Source: a virus
Virus record (IMG/VR): IMGVR_UViG_3300027734_000039
Length of the DNA stretch: 64,000 bases
Strand: one strand, 5' to 3'
Under the pieces are notes generated by a model that was given only the letters and a program-made list of their open reading frames with translations, did no database searches and was not told the origin of the DNA. Position numbers and translations under genes: made by a program. Shown piece after piece: positions 46,663 to 55,354 of this stretch (position 1 is the first letter of the stretch; each line of letters begins with the position of its first letter).

Positions 46663-46722
46663 TAAGTGCAGGGCTAGATGTCCACAAGTTCGATGGGGTG
46701 GTGGACCACACGCCTCTTATAA

Positions 46723-46874
46723 TTGTCTCTTCAAGGATGCACCAGCTATCTAACTTCTGTCACCACCGTCGATTACAGCTGATTATACGGACTGAGAAGG
46801 CTACCTCTGCGTTAAATATTCTGCAGACGCTTCGGGCTCTGATGCACCCATGAAGAGACAACCGAAGTTGCCTC
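46723..46874 (-). ncRNA. unknown multibranch structured RNA
   Basis: Roughly 23-bp imperfect closing stem TTGTCTCTTCA.GGGTGCATCAG/CTGGTGCATCC.TGAAGAGACAA with internal hairpins. Confidence 0.5.
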
Positions 46875-46904
46875 AACAAGTTTCTAACAATTTCAAACAA
46901 CAAT

Positions 46905-46931
46905 AAAAAAGGCGGGATTTTAGTCCCGCCT
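46905..46931 (-). terminator. intrinsic terminator
   Basis: AGGCGGGA/TCCCGCCT stem plus T-tract on the - strand. Confidence 0.8.
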
Positions 46932-46953
46932 CTTGAATCTTATATTAAGACTC

Positions 46954-47205
46954 TTAGACGAGACCAAGCTGCATGGCTTTGTAACCTGCAGCAATATGCT
47001 TGCGTGTTGGAGTACCCATACGGTACTTAGCAACAACTGTACCCTTCGAGTTACGCTTCTCGTTGAGATAGATGCAGTAACCCTGTTCACGAAGATAATG
47101 AACTACGCGATGCGGGTTGCCAGCACCGAAACGTGCAGCAATCTGCTTTGCAGTAAGTTCTTCGCCATTCTTAAATGCTTCCAAAACGCGATTAGTCATA
47201 GTCAT
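46954..47205 (-). CDS. small winged-helix DNA-binding protein
   Basis: VLEAF..GEELTAKQIAARFG..LREQGY.IY. Confidence 0.75.
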   Translation of the reverse strand: MTMTNRVLEAFKNGEELTAKQIAARFGAGNPHRVVHYLREQGYCIYLNEKRNSKGTVVAKYRMGTPTRKHIAAGYKAMQLGLV

Positions 47206-47236
47206 TAATGTTCTCCTAGATTCACTTTATTTAGTC

Positions 47237-47265
47237 ATTATACCGTAGTTTGGATTTAAAGTCAA
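47237..47265 (-). promoter_or_regulatory. sigma70-type promoter
   Basis: TTGACT-17 bp-TATAAT. Confidence 0.85.
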
Positions 47266-47273
47266 CGCTTTTT

Positions 47274-47447
47274 TTAAAGAATGTCAACAATTCGTCCAAC
47301 CATATCCACAGCTCTTACTCTTTGTTCAGGAAAGCGAGAAGAGAGCAGTTTCATCTCAGAAAGGATCATCTGAGAATTGTTTAGAGTAATTTGGTATGTG
47401 CGCCAATTACCCGTAATATCTTGAAGTTGAATTTCAACTTGGTTCAT
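47274..47447 (-). CDS. small hypothetical protein (57 aa, not in ORF track)
   Basis: MNQVEIQLQDITGNWRTY..RVRAVD..GRIVDIL; TAATG coupling. Confidence 0.65.
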   Translation of the reverse strand: MNQVEIQLQDITGNWRTYQITLNNSQMILSEMKLLSSRFPEQRVRAVDMVGRIVDIL

Positions 47448-47644
47448 TATCGTTTCTCGATACCGTCGAGTTCTTTTATGAAGGAAGTCAAGTCTTTAAG
47501 ATCAGTGAAAACGATCTTAGAGCTAATCCAATCATCGTTAGAATCATTGCCGCTAATGTCAGCGACATAACCATTTTCACAAAGAGTGATTGTCAAGTTA
47601 TCATTGATCTTTGTAAATCGAGCAAGATGCTTATTATCAGCCAT
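47447..47644 (-). CDS. hypothetical protein
   Basis: 65 aa with GAGG RBS. Confidence 0.65.
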   Translation of the reverse strand: MADNKHLARFTKINDNLTITLCENGYVADISGNDSNDDWISSKIVFTDLKDLTSFIKELDGIEKR

Positions 47645-47645
47645 A

Positions 47646-48017
47646 TTAACCTCTCCTCATGCGAGCGATATCTTCAGCGTCGCTCTTAGCAAAAACAGGA
47701 ACCATATTAGATTTATGCATAGTAGCGATACCAAGAAGTTTACGTTCGCCGCTATACACTTTTTCTGCAGGTTTAGAAGTAGAACCGTTACCGAACCCTG
47801 CGGAAACATAATCGCTTCGATCAACCTTTATATCATCATTATACCGCGATTTCCATTTAAAGTCAAGTGCTTTTTTATCGGCTTTTTTACCGCCAGTCAT
47901 AGACTTAACCCAAGCTTCGTGTTCGGCTTGAGATTTAGCTAACCGCTTGTTGCTACTTGCTTTACGTTTACGGGTAGAAGTTGTAGTGTAGAATACTGGA
48001 AGAAGATGCATCGTCAT
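47646..48017 (-). CDS. conserved T4-like hypothetical protein
   Basis: LLGIATMHKSNMVPVF..A.DIARMRR. Confidence 0.7.
   Translation of the reverse strand: MTMHLLPVFYTTTSTRKRKASSNKRLAKSQAEHEAWVKSMTGGKKADKKALDFKWKSRYNDDIKVDRSDYVSAGFGNGSTSKPAEKVYSGERKLLGIATMHKSNMVPVFAKSDAEDIARMRRG
47838..47866 (-). promoter_or_regulatory. intragenic sigma70-type promoter
   Basis: TTGACT-17 bp-TATAAT. Confidence 0.7.
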
Positions 48018-48060
48018 TGGCTACTCCCCTATTATTACAATAGTATACTATACTATCGTT

Positions 48061-48282
48061 TTAAAACCAAGGAGTTTCGTCTATATCTTTCGAGAGGGTT
48101 TCTTCTATTACTCTCTTTAAACAAGAACGAACTAGTTCTTTAGCTGGAAGATATCTTTCTTCTTCTATCTTCATTTGCTTCTTATAATTATGATGCTGCT
48201 CTTCTTCCCACATATCATCGCGAGCATCTATCATCTCTTCGAGAGCTTCGATAAACTTATCAATCGTCTGCTGCTGTGACAT
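48061..48282 (-). CDS. hypothetical protein
   Basis: MSQQQTIDKF.. Confidence 0.6.
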   Translation of the reverse strand: MSQQQTIDKFIEALEEMIDARDDMWEEEQHHNYKKQMKIEEERYLPAKELVRSCLKRVIEETLSKDIDETPWF

Positions 48283-48616
48283 CTTTATCGCGCTCCATAT
48301 TATCGACAATTATATATTTTGCCTCGTCGTCGATTTGAGCATATGCTTCCAACATACGACGAACATTATTCAATCTTTCAATAACATTATTAATCGTCTT
48401 ATGGGCTACTTCGTCGTTATGACCTTCTTGAAGGTCGATCAAAGCAGCGTCTAGATTAGAATCAGCAGAATAATCGATGTGATACTTCATCACGGAACCA
48501 TCTTTTGCCAACTCTTGTTCTAACTTAAGAGGAGGGAAAAGCATAGCCTTGATTTGTTCAATCTTTTCTTCGGCTGGGGTATTAATTTTCTTTTGAACTG
48601 TCCACGGGAATTTCAT
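48260..48616 (-). CDS. hypothetical protein
   Basis: 118 aa with AGGA RBS. Confidence 0.6.
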   Translation of the reverse strand: MKFPWTVQKKINTPAEEKIEQIKAMLFPPLKLEQELAKDGSVMKYHIDYSADSNLDAALIDLQEGHNDEVAHKTINNVIERLNNVRRMLEAYAQIDDEAKYIIVDNMERDKDVTAADD

Positions 48617-48632
48617 TACAAATAATCCTTAG

Positions 48633-49034
48633 TTACTTCTTTTTACGACCCATATTATACTTAGCCTCAAGAGTCCACTCGTGCTTTTCTTTATGATTGA
48701 TGATCTTAATTTGACTCATCGAAGCTAGAGGGTCTTTTATCTTTTCGGATTCTACGACCTTTAGTAGACCCCAATCCTGAAGAAGCTCAATTATCTTATT
48801 ACGGCGACCCATGTCTTCGTCGGAAAAGTTAGAAGGTTTGCCGTCGATTGTAAACATTTCTTTGAAATGAACGATATAATACTTACCCTGTTTATGAAAG
48901 ATATGGCAAGATTGATAGAGTTTTTTTTCTTTGCGGGAGGCGACACCGATTCGGGTAAGGGTTTCTTTAATCTTTAGAAAGTCCTCTTCTTCCGCTATTC
49001 TCACCTCAATTAGCGTATCTAATAAATCATTCAT
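48633..49034 (-). CDS. regA: translational repressor RegA
   Basis: FLKIKETLTRIGVAS..LYQSCHIFHKQGKYYIVHFKE. Confidence 0.97.
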   Translation of the reverse strand: MNDLLDTLIEVRIAEEEDFLKIKETLTRIGVASRKEKKLYQSCHIFHKQGKYYIVHFKEMFTIDGKPSNFSDEDMGRRNKIIELLQDWGLLKVVESEKIKDPLASMSQIKIINHKEKHEWTLEAKYNMGRKKK

Positions 49035-49504
49035 TTACTTCCACCTTTTTCTTGTTTTTTTCTTATAATATCAAGTTGCTCCTTGGATAGGAGCTTAAGC
49101 GCCTCTTTTGCTCGTACAACATTATATTTATAATATTCTTGAACTAAGGCGATAAGCTCCTGTTCCTTCTTAAGCTCCCTTTCCATCTTCTTTTCTTGTT
49201 CGGTTTTTTTCTTTCCATAACGATTTATCTTACGGACCGAATAGAAAAGGTAATGATAATGAAGCTTATCGGGCAGGTGGTAGTTTAGGTTCATATCCTG
49301 AACATTAGAAAGCGTATCGGTATGATTCGATAACGAAAGGTTAGTTCTCCACTGGCTATACTTGAACTCCTGTGGATTGTCCAAGTCGATTAACTGTTTT
49401 CCGGAATTAATGTTATTTTCAAACCTCCAATCGTATTGGGGCTTGACTACTTCTTGTTCTTTCTTTTCTTCCTTTCGTGGCTTTAGCGTAACGTCGAGAA
49501 ACAT
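49031..49504 (-). CDS. gp62: clamp loader small subunit (gp62-like)
   Basis: Synteny gp44-gp62-regA; LVQEYYKYN..AKEAL.LL..KGG. Confidence 0.8.
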   Translation of the reverse strand: MFLDVTLKPRKEEKKEQEVVKPQYDWRFENNINSGKQLIDLDNPQEFKYSQWRTNLSLSNHTDTLSNVQDMNLNYHLPDKLHYHYLFYSVRKINRYGKKKTEQEKKMERELKKEQELIALVQEYYKYNVVRAKEALKLLSKEQLDIIRKKQEKGGSK

Positions 49505-50442
49505 TACGCGAACTCCAAAGTCAACATTGCTTCTACTAGAAAAGCTACAAAGTTGATTTCGGCATTAGCAGCGAAAGCGTTTTGATATTGATAACGGGCA
49601 ACCAGAAGCACCAGTTCCGGAATACTTTTCTTATCAAAGAAGTCAGAAGCAGTTTCATAAAACTGGGTGTAGAGTGAATTAACATCTGTGTCGATATTAT
49701 TCTTTGCCCACTTACGAACTTCAGTAAAGTTTTTATCTTTCATAAAGGCAATAAGTTCGCGAATACTAGTTTCCTGAATGTTAGCTAGGATACCAGAATC
49801 GATCTTACCTGTAGCTGAATAACGCTGAAGCTCATTAAGAACACGACGCCAGTCAGGGAAATGCTTTTGAATAACTTCGGCAATTACAGCTTTGTCATAC
49901 TCAACGTTTTCAGTTTCAAGAATTACACCAATCCGCTTCATAAACTGCATAGCGAGCTTGGCCATATCCTTCTTGCTGATCTTAAAGTCAACTACGGAAC
50001 AACGACTATGTAACGGCTCAATGATTCTGTTTTTGAAGTTACAAGTGAGAATGAAGCCACAGTTCCGCGAGAACTCTTCCATAAAGTTTCTGAGTGCGGG
50101 TTGTGTAGAGTTAGCATTAAGGTAGTCTGCCTCATCAAGGATGACGTACTTTCGTCCACCTGATAGGGAAACAGAGCTAGCGAAGTTTAGGATTTCATTT
50201 CGGAGTGTGTCAATGTTGCCATTCATAGATCCGTTGATGACGATGTAGTCTGCTTTGACTTCTTCCAGCATGGCCATAGCCACTGTAGTTTTACCAACAC
50301 CAGCACTACCACTGAGAATAAGATTTGGAATATTACCATTTTTAACAAACTCCTGAAAAGTTGTTTTCAATTCTACAGGAAGGATAGTTTCTTCAATAGT
50401 TTTCGGGCGATACTTTTCTACCCAGAGAAATTCTTCATTCAT
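49504..50442 (-). CDS. gp44: clamp loader large subunit
   Basis: LWVEKYRP; GSAGVGKT; ILDEADY; PLHSRC. Confidence 0.97.
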   Translation of the reverse strand: MNEEFLWVEKYRPKTIEETILPVELKTTFQEFVKNGNIPNLILSGSAGVGKTTVAMAMLEEVKADYIVINGSMNGNIDTLRNEILNFASSVSLSGGRKYVILDEADYLNANSTQPALRNFMEEFSRNCGFILTCNFKNRIIEPLHSRCSVVDFKISKKDMAKLAMQFMKRIGVILETENVEYDKAVIAEVIQKHFPDWRRVLNELQRYSATGKIDSGILANIQETSIRELIAFMKDKNFTEVRKWAKNNIDTDVNSLYTQFYETASDFFDKKSIPELVLLVARYQYQNAFAANAEINFVAFLVEAMLTLEFA

Positions 50443-50782
50443 TTACAGTTACCTCGTCAGTAAGAAACTTTTCAATAGTATTAGAGTTTTGTTTTTCTAA
50501 AACTTCTCTATCCGTCAACCAACCAAATCCATTACGTTGATTTTTGGTCATCTGATCCCATATCTCGATACAAACATTTCTAAAATCTGATTCTTTTAGA
50601 TGTTCTCTTTTGATATGTTGACGGTCGCTTCTTACATAAAAATTTACAATAGGCTCGAACGCTTGATGATAATCACACCACTTTACTCTTGGAGCCGATG
50701 TACCGAAAACTGTATTAGAAAATGCATCTCCGATGTGCCTAGAAACAACAGGAATTACATCTTCCCTCTTCACTTGTTCCAT
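50435..50782 (-). CDS. hypothetical protein inserted between gp45 and gp44
   Basis: 115 aa, GGAG RBS, own promoter. Confidence 0.65.
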   Translation of the reverse strand: MEQVKREDVIPVVSRHIGDAFSNTVFGTSAPRVKWCDYHQAFEPIVNFYVRSDRQHIKREHLKESDFRNVCIEIWDQMTKNQRNGFGWLTDREVLEKQNSNTIEKFLTDEVTVNE

Positions 50783-50801
50783 AATATATACTCCATAATA
50801 T

Positions 50802-50846
50802 AAAAGTGGGAGGAACCATTATAGCTCCTCCCGAGTCAAAAGTCAA
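50802..50846 (-). promoter_or_regulatory. promoter overlapping a terminator hairpin
   Basis: TTGACT-17 bp-TATAAT; the -10 lies inside the GGGAGGA/TCCTCCC hairpin. Confidence 0.7.
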
Positions 50847-50847
50847 C

Positions 50848-51501
50848 TTAGAAAGTTGAGCTGGATTCAACAGCAATCCAGTATTCAGCCTCACTTCCCT
50901 TGAAGTGAGAGATACCACGCGAACAAATGCTTACATCGTAATCGCCTGGAATGATCTTAATATTTTCAGACTTAAAGATTGCCTTGAAGGTCTTATCAGT
51001 TTCGCCGATAGCGATAGAATAGATATCGCCAGAAGGATTCTTTGTATCAGCAGCCTGAAGATAAACCTTGCTACCGTCACCAGAAACAACGATCTCAGGA
51101 AGCTGAAGAACGCCAGAAGCCTTTTCGACATCCTTAAGATTTTCGTTGGTGAGACGGAAAGAAACGTCAACCGAAGGAAGTGTGATTTCCTTTTCGGGAA
51201 CCTTAGTAATAGTAGACTCATCAGCATAGGTGTAATGAGTGCTCTTATTATTGTCACCGATATCAACAAACTTTTCGCTGAACTTCAACTCAGGCTCATT
51301 GAAAAGGCTAAGAGTTGAAATGAAACGATCAAGGTTGTAGATAGCGAAACGCTGACCAAACTGAGTTGGGACGTTTGCCTTTGCCATGATTGTCTTTGAA
51401 GGAGAAATGGTCTTCAAAGTATTACCTTCCTGGATAACGATGGAAGGATTAATCTTAGCGAAGTTCTTAAGAACACTAATTGTATTCGCATCAATTTTCA
51501 T
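50848..51501 (-). CDS. gp45: sliding clamp
   Basis: LKNFAKINPSI; FAIYNLDRF; KIIPGDYDV; YWIAVE. Confidence 0.95.
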   Translation of the reverse strand: MKIDANTISVLKNFAKINPSIVIQEGNTLKTISPSKTIMAKANVPTQFGQRFAIYNLDRFISTLSLFNEPELKFSEKFVDIGDNNKSTHYTYADESTITKVPEKEITLPSVDVSFRLTNENLKDVEKASGVLQLPEIVVSGDGSKVYLQAADTKNPSGDIYSIAIGETDKTFKAIFKSENIKIIPGDYDVSICSRGISHFKGSEAEYWIAVESSSTF

Positions 51502-51740
51502 TATACATTTCCTTTCGCAGTATTCATAATTTTAGATACAAGGTCCATAATTTGAGTAGGGGTTTCCTTGCAAGACATAATTTTACCAGACTTAAGAACC
51601 AATGCAGTAACATCGGGACGATCATCACTAGCTGTAATGATAATAGACTTTGGCTTAGTATATCTTTCCATAACAATAATTTCAGATGGATCGACCCAAA
51701 AATCGTAGTTTGGTTCTGGATGTGTCAGCGGAATCATCAT
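51501..51740 (-). CDS. FlbD-like small protein
   Basis: MIPLT..FWVDPSEI..T.LVLKSGK...KETPTQI. Confidence 0.5.
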   Translation of the reverse strand: MMIPLTHPEPNYDFWVDPSEIIVMERYTKPKSIIITASDDRPDVTALVLKSGKIMSCKETPTQIMDLVSKIMNTAKGNV

Positions 51741-51751
51741 AATATATTACC

Positions 51752-52603
51752 TCACTTCTTTTTCTTAAGAGCACCAGGATCGGCAGTTGCTGCTGCTCCG
51801 ATAGCGGCCAAGTCAGCAAGCGAGCCACCAAAGATATAGCTACCGACATGCTGAAGCTTCATCCATGGGCAAAACCAAGTTTTGATTTGAGCAGCCTGTG
51901 CCTTCTGACAGAACCAATAATCTTCCGAAAGATAACGCTTTGACTCTGGATCAACTTCAGCCTGGAAGAACATCATAATTTCACGTGTACCATCGAAATG
52001 TTCTGTACGAACGTGATCAGGCTTGTACATATACTGATCCTTGTAGTGTTCGTAGAACTTTTGCATTGCCTTCTTTGTAACCATCATGAAGCCAGTTCCA
52101 ATTTCAAGAACTTCACAAGGCTCGCTGATAGCGATGCTCTGCTGGCCACCCTTTGGATTGAAAACGTAATCGCCAACAAACTTTTCAAGGACGTTAGGAT
52201 TTTCATCAGCAAGACCCTTATCAACGGCAAGCTTAATCTTTTCCCAAGAGATACACTTCTTAGGATAAGGACCGCCAATGATCTCGTACTTTTCTTCTTC
52301 CTGTGCCTGAAGCGCCATCATTGCGATAACGTCCTGAGGATTAAATCCAATATCAGAGTCAATGAAAATCATATGACTTGCATCTGAACGCATAAACTCG
52401 TCGCAGCAATAGTTACGAGCACGAGTAATCAACGATTCGTTGAAAAGAAAATACATTTGAAGAGGAATGCCATACTGAGTGCAAAGAGCAGACAAATCTG
52501 CAACAGACTTAGCAAACATACCTGCGCACTGACCGCCATACATTGGGGTAGCGATAAAAAGCTTACGCTGACGTAGTTCTTCGATTGGGATATTAATTTC
52601 CAT
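51752..52603 (-). CDS. GT-A fold glycosyltransferase-like protein
   Basis: IATPMYGG; ESLITRARN; FIDSDI (DxD); GTGFM; LSEDYWFC. Confidence 0.75.
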   Translation of the reverse strand: MEINIPIEELRQRKLFIATPMYGGQCAGMFAKSVADLSALCTQYGIPLQMYFLFNESLITRARNYCCDEFMRSDASHMIFIDSDIGFNPQDVIAMMALQAQEEEKYEIIGGPYPKKCISWEKIKLAVDKGLADENPNVLEKFVGDYVFNPKGGQQSIAISEPCEVLEIGTGFMMVTKKAMQKFYEHYKDQYMYKPDHVRTEHFDGTREIMMFFQAEVDPESKRYLSEDYWFCQKAQAAQIKTWFCPWMKLQHVGSYIFGGSLADLAAIGAAATADPGALKKKK

Positions 52604-52908
52604 TATTTACCATCCTTATAGTGATCGTTATACAGACACATTATTGTGTAATGCAAGACCTTCATCAAGTCATCTTTGTTATTGCCATTCTTTTTACCAT
52701 AACGCCATAGATACTTTATAGCGGTGTTACGGAAAGTAGGAGTGGCATCATCGAGAGCAATCCAAGCATCAAAACATTGAACGTTATTTTCTGTTTGGTA
52801 ATGCTGCCCGTATGTCTTATCTATATAGGCATGAAAGTCAGCGATAATTCGACCTTCGGCATATTTATACTTAATTTCTTTTTCCTTATCAACTTTAGGA
52901 AGCCCCAT
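52603..52908 (-). CDS. DUF3310-like protein
   Basis: TYGQHY..AIKYLWRYGKKNG..DL.K..HY. Confidence 0.7.
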   Translation of the reverse strand: MGLPKVDKEKEIKYKYAEGRIIADFHAYIDKTYGQHYQTENNVQCFDAWIALDDATPTFRNTAIKYLWRYGKKNGNNKDDLMKVLHYTIMCLYNDHYKDGK

Positions 52909-53437
52909 CAACCAACTCCTTAATCTTATCAAATACTTTCTGCTGTTCGCAGAGGGCATTGTTGTCATATTTTTCTATGTTAAACATTAAAGAAAAATTA
53001 GTTAGAATGTTAGCGATCTTAGTTTCACGACCCTGTAACCAAGTTTCGTTTTGTTCGCTACCACGTTCTTTATAGCGTTCTTTTCTCACCTCTTGTTTTG
53101 TTCCTAGATATATGATCTGGGTGTCGAACTTTTCAACACAGTTTTCTAGGAAAGAAGAGGTAAACAAACGATCACCCTCAAATAATAGTATACTATCATT
53201 TGGCAAAGAGTCAAGGAATTTTATTGCCTCTGGCTGAACCGCCATAGACATTCTATCAGTTCCTGAAAAGACCTCGCCTTCTTCATACTTACCAAGAACA
53301 TAAACATTGTTCTTTTGCATATAAGGAACGAGCTTAACTTCGTTATACTTCGGTTCAAGTTCGTAAAAAGAGATAATACGTTTCATAAGTGTGGTTTTAC
53401 CGCTTCCAGGTTCACCACCAATCGCAATAACTTTCAT
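52895..53437 (-). CDS. P-loop nucleotide kinase (DNA-modification associated type)
   Basis: GGEPGSGKTT; LGKY..FSGTDRMS; FEGDRL; R.ERGS.Q. Confidence 0.8.
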   Translation of the reverse strand: MKVIAIGGEPGSGKTTLMKRIISFYELEPKYNEVKLVPYMQKNNVYVLGKYEEGEVFSGTDRMSMAVQPEAIKFLDSLPNDSILLFEGDRLFTSSFLENCVEKFDTQIIYLGTKQEVRKERYKERGSEQNETWLQGRETKIANILTNFSLMFNIEKYDNNALCEQQKVFDKIKELVDGAS

Positions 53438-53439
53438 AA

Positions 53440-54591
53440 TTACTCCATAAAGCTTTCAATGCCTTTCGGCTTATTAAAGTCGTTAGTAAAACAATCCCAC
53501 TCTTTATCCATCATTATAACTTGACCTGTATGAAGATAGTGGTTTTGCTTTTCTTTCGTAAGTCCTGGATCTCCTGGCGTATCTTCTTGTCGTAGATGAA
53601 CGGGTAAACAGTCTTTTCGCATTTGCCAGAATAGATCAAAGTTCGAACCCCATTCCGACTCTGCATATCTAATACGATCATGAAACATATCCATATAAAC
53701 GTTTGGGTAACGGCGGTTGGGTCTGTGCCACGACTTGTAGCAACAGAATGTTGATTCTAGTGTAAAGAAACTTACATCTTCATGCTTAATGCGAGCTTTA
53801 GCTTCTTCAAAAAGAATATCTGCTTCTCGTTCAAGCCATTGAATTGTTTCTGGCTTATACTTTAGTTCTTGCTTCCACCAGTCTAAGTCGTCTCTTCCTA
53901 GGACTTTACAAAGACCATTTCTATGACTACGAGAGCCATCAATATCCCCAAGAAAGAGACTATTGCAATCGAGATCGAGTCCTTGGATACGAAGATATTC
54001 CAAATATGAAAAAGTAGAAAGGCGACCGAAGCTAAGAAAATTAGTTCTGACATAATCCCAAGTCCTTTCGAAATTTTTGTATTTATCTCCAGTGTTTTGA
54101 AGATGTTCAAACAAAGCAGCTTGGGAGCCGAACTTATCAACTTGATTCTTATAAGCTTGAACGCATGCAGGGAAACCTGTTTTGCCAATCTTAAAGTATT
54201 TACGATCTGTATCCCAACCAGAACCAGCTTTAAACTTCTGATGATTATCATTCCACCAAGAGTCTAGTTTATCAATATCAAGATCTTTGATAGTCGGAAA
54301 CTTTTGTAGGATCATATAAGTCGTAACGATGTTTTGCGAACAACCATTAACGAAAGCGGTCCAAAGTTTCTGCTCTTTATCCATATTAAAATGTTTAGCG
54401 AGCCAAGGCATAGCAAAATACACAGCACCTGGATGCGACTTATTTTTCAAATGAAATTCATAAAAACGAAGGAAAACTTCGCGACGATAAATCGGTCGGC
54501 GAAAATCCATTCCTTTTTCTAAATTAGATATTTCTGGTTGATTGTTTAGTTCGGACCAACGTCCAATAATTTGATCAGAAGAAGTTGTCAA
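53440..54591 (-). CDS. amino acid:DNA transferase-like protein (aGPT-Pplase2/ADDT, HhH glycosylase fold)
   Basis: DTDRKY; FGRLSTFSYLEYL; SHRNGL; TLESTFCCYKSW..RYP; TTG start inferred. Confidence 0.7.
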   Translation of the reverse strand: MTTSSDQIIGRWSELNNQPEISNLEKGMDFRRPIYRREVFLRFYEFHLKNKSHPGAVYFAMPWLAKHFNMDKEQKLWTAFVNGCSQNIVTTYMILQKFPTIKDLDIDKLDSWWNDNHQKFKAGSGWDTDRKYFKIGKTGFPACVQAYKNQVDKFGSQAALFEHLQNTGDKYKNFERTWDYVRTNFLSFGRLSTFSYLEYLRIQGLDLDCNSLFLGDIDGSRSHRNGLCKVLGRDDLDWWKQELKYKPETIQWLEREADILFEEAKARIKHEDVSFFTLESTFCCYKSWHRPNRRYPNVYMDMFHDRIRYAESEWGSNFDLFWQMRKDCLPVHLRQEDTPGDPGLTKEKQNHYLHTGQVIMMDKEWDCFTNDFNKPKGIESFME

Positions 54592-55354
54592 GAGTACTCT
54601 TTTCCTCGCCCATGAAATAAAACCCATCTAGATTATCAGCAACAGGAAACTCTTTTGTTTCAGTTTCGTGCTTACCAGGAATAGCAGCAAAGTAAACAGC
54701 ATTCCTAGCTCTAAATGCAGCTCTAATTATACTATAACCAAAACGATTATACAACCAGTTTGAATAAGCACTTACATAATCATACTTATCATTAACTTGA
54801 GCCGAGAGAATTTCACCATACTTTTTGCCATGAATAGTCATAGGATAAGTTACTGATGTATCTGTCCAAACAACAAGCTTAGGATTAGATTCGAACATTT
54901 TATCGAAACCATTTTTCCACTTAGTTGTTATTTGAAGAATACTCGAGTTAGGCAAATCAAGAAACTTTAAATCGCTTTCGTCGTTTTTCTCAAGAGCCTT
55001 TTGAGCATCTTCAAGATCAACTGTAATAGGGCAATCCCATCTTGTGCTAAGAAGATGTTCTACGCACCCAGCATCAAGTTCGCCAACATTATGCTTAGAA
55101 ATTTTAAACAGTTTTTGAATTAAAAGAGTTTGAACTCCGATACCAGCCATATATTCTCTAACAGAATAATTTTCATCTGGCTGTATAACATTTTGCAAAA
55201 GCCACTTTGTAGCCCAGCACTTGGCGGCTACTAGATCCGTGTGCTGGGCTGCATAGTGAATATACGAACGATTGTGGAGGCTTACGCTATCTTCTGACTT
55301 AACATCAATGTTAAACGGAAGGTCCCACTCATTACAAATTTTAGCAATTTTCAC
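54575..55354 (-). CDS. SAM-dependent methyltransferase-like protein
   Basis: REYMAGIGV motif-I-like; GELD; FLDLP. Confidence 0.5.
   Translation of the reverse strand: MKIAKICNEWDLPFNIDVKSEDSVSLHNRSYIHYAAQHTDLVAAKCWATKWLLQNVIQPDENYSVREYMAGIGVQTLLIQKLFKISKHNVGELDAGCVEHLLSTRWDCPITVDLEDAQKALEKNDESDLKFLDLPNSSILQITTKWKNGFDKMFESNPKLVVWTDTSVTYPMTIHGKKYGEILSAQVNDKYDYVSAYSNWLYNRFGYSIIRAAFRARNAVYFAAIPGKHETETKEFPVADNLDGFYFMGEEKSTLDNFF

Noticed and set aside
46635-46853. 72-aa ORF on the + strand
   Set aside because: Antisense to the local transcription direction, no RBS, overlaps structured RNAs
46570-46880. tmRNA, RNase P RNA or glmS ribozyme
   Set aside because: No tRNA-Ala-like ends or tag frame, no RNase P P4 signature and no glmS core recognised
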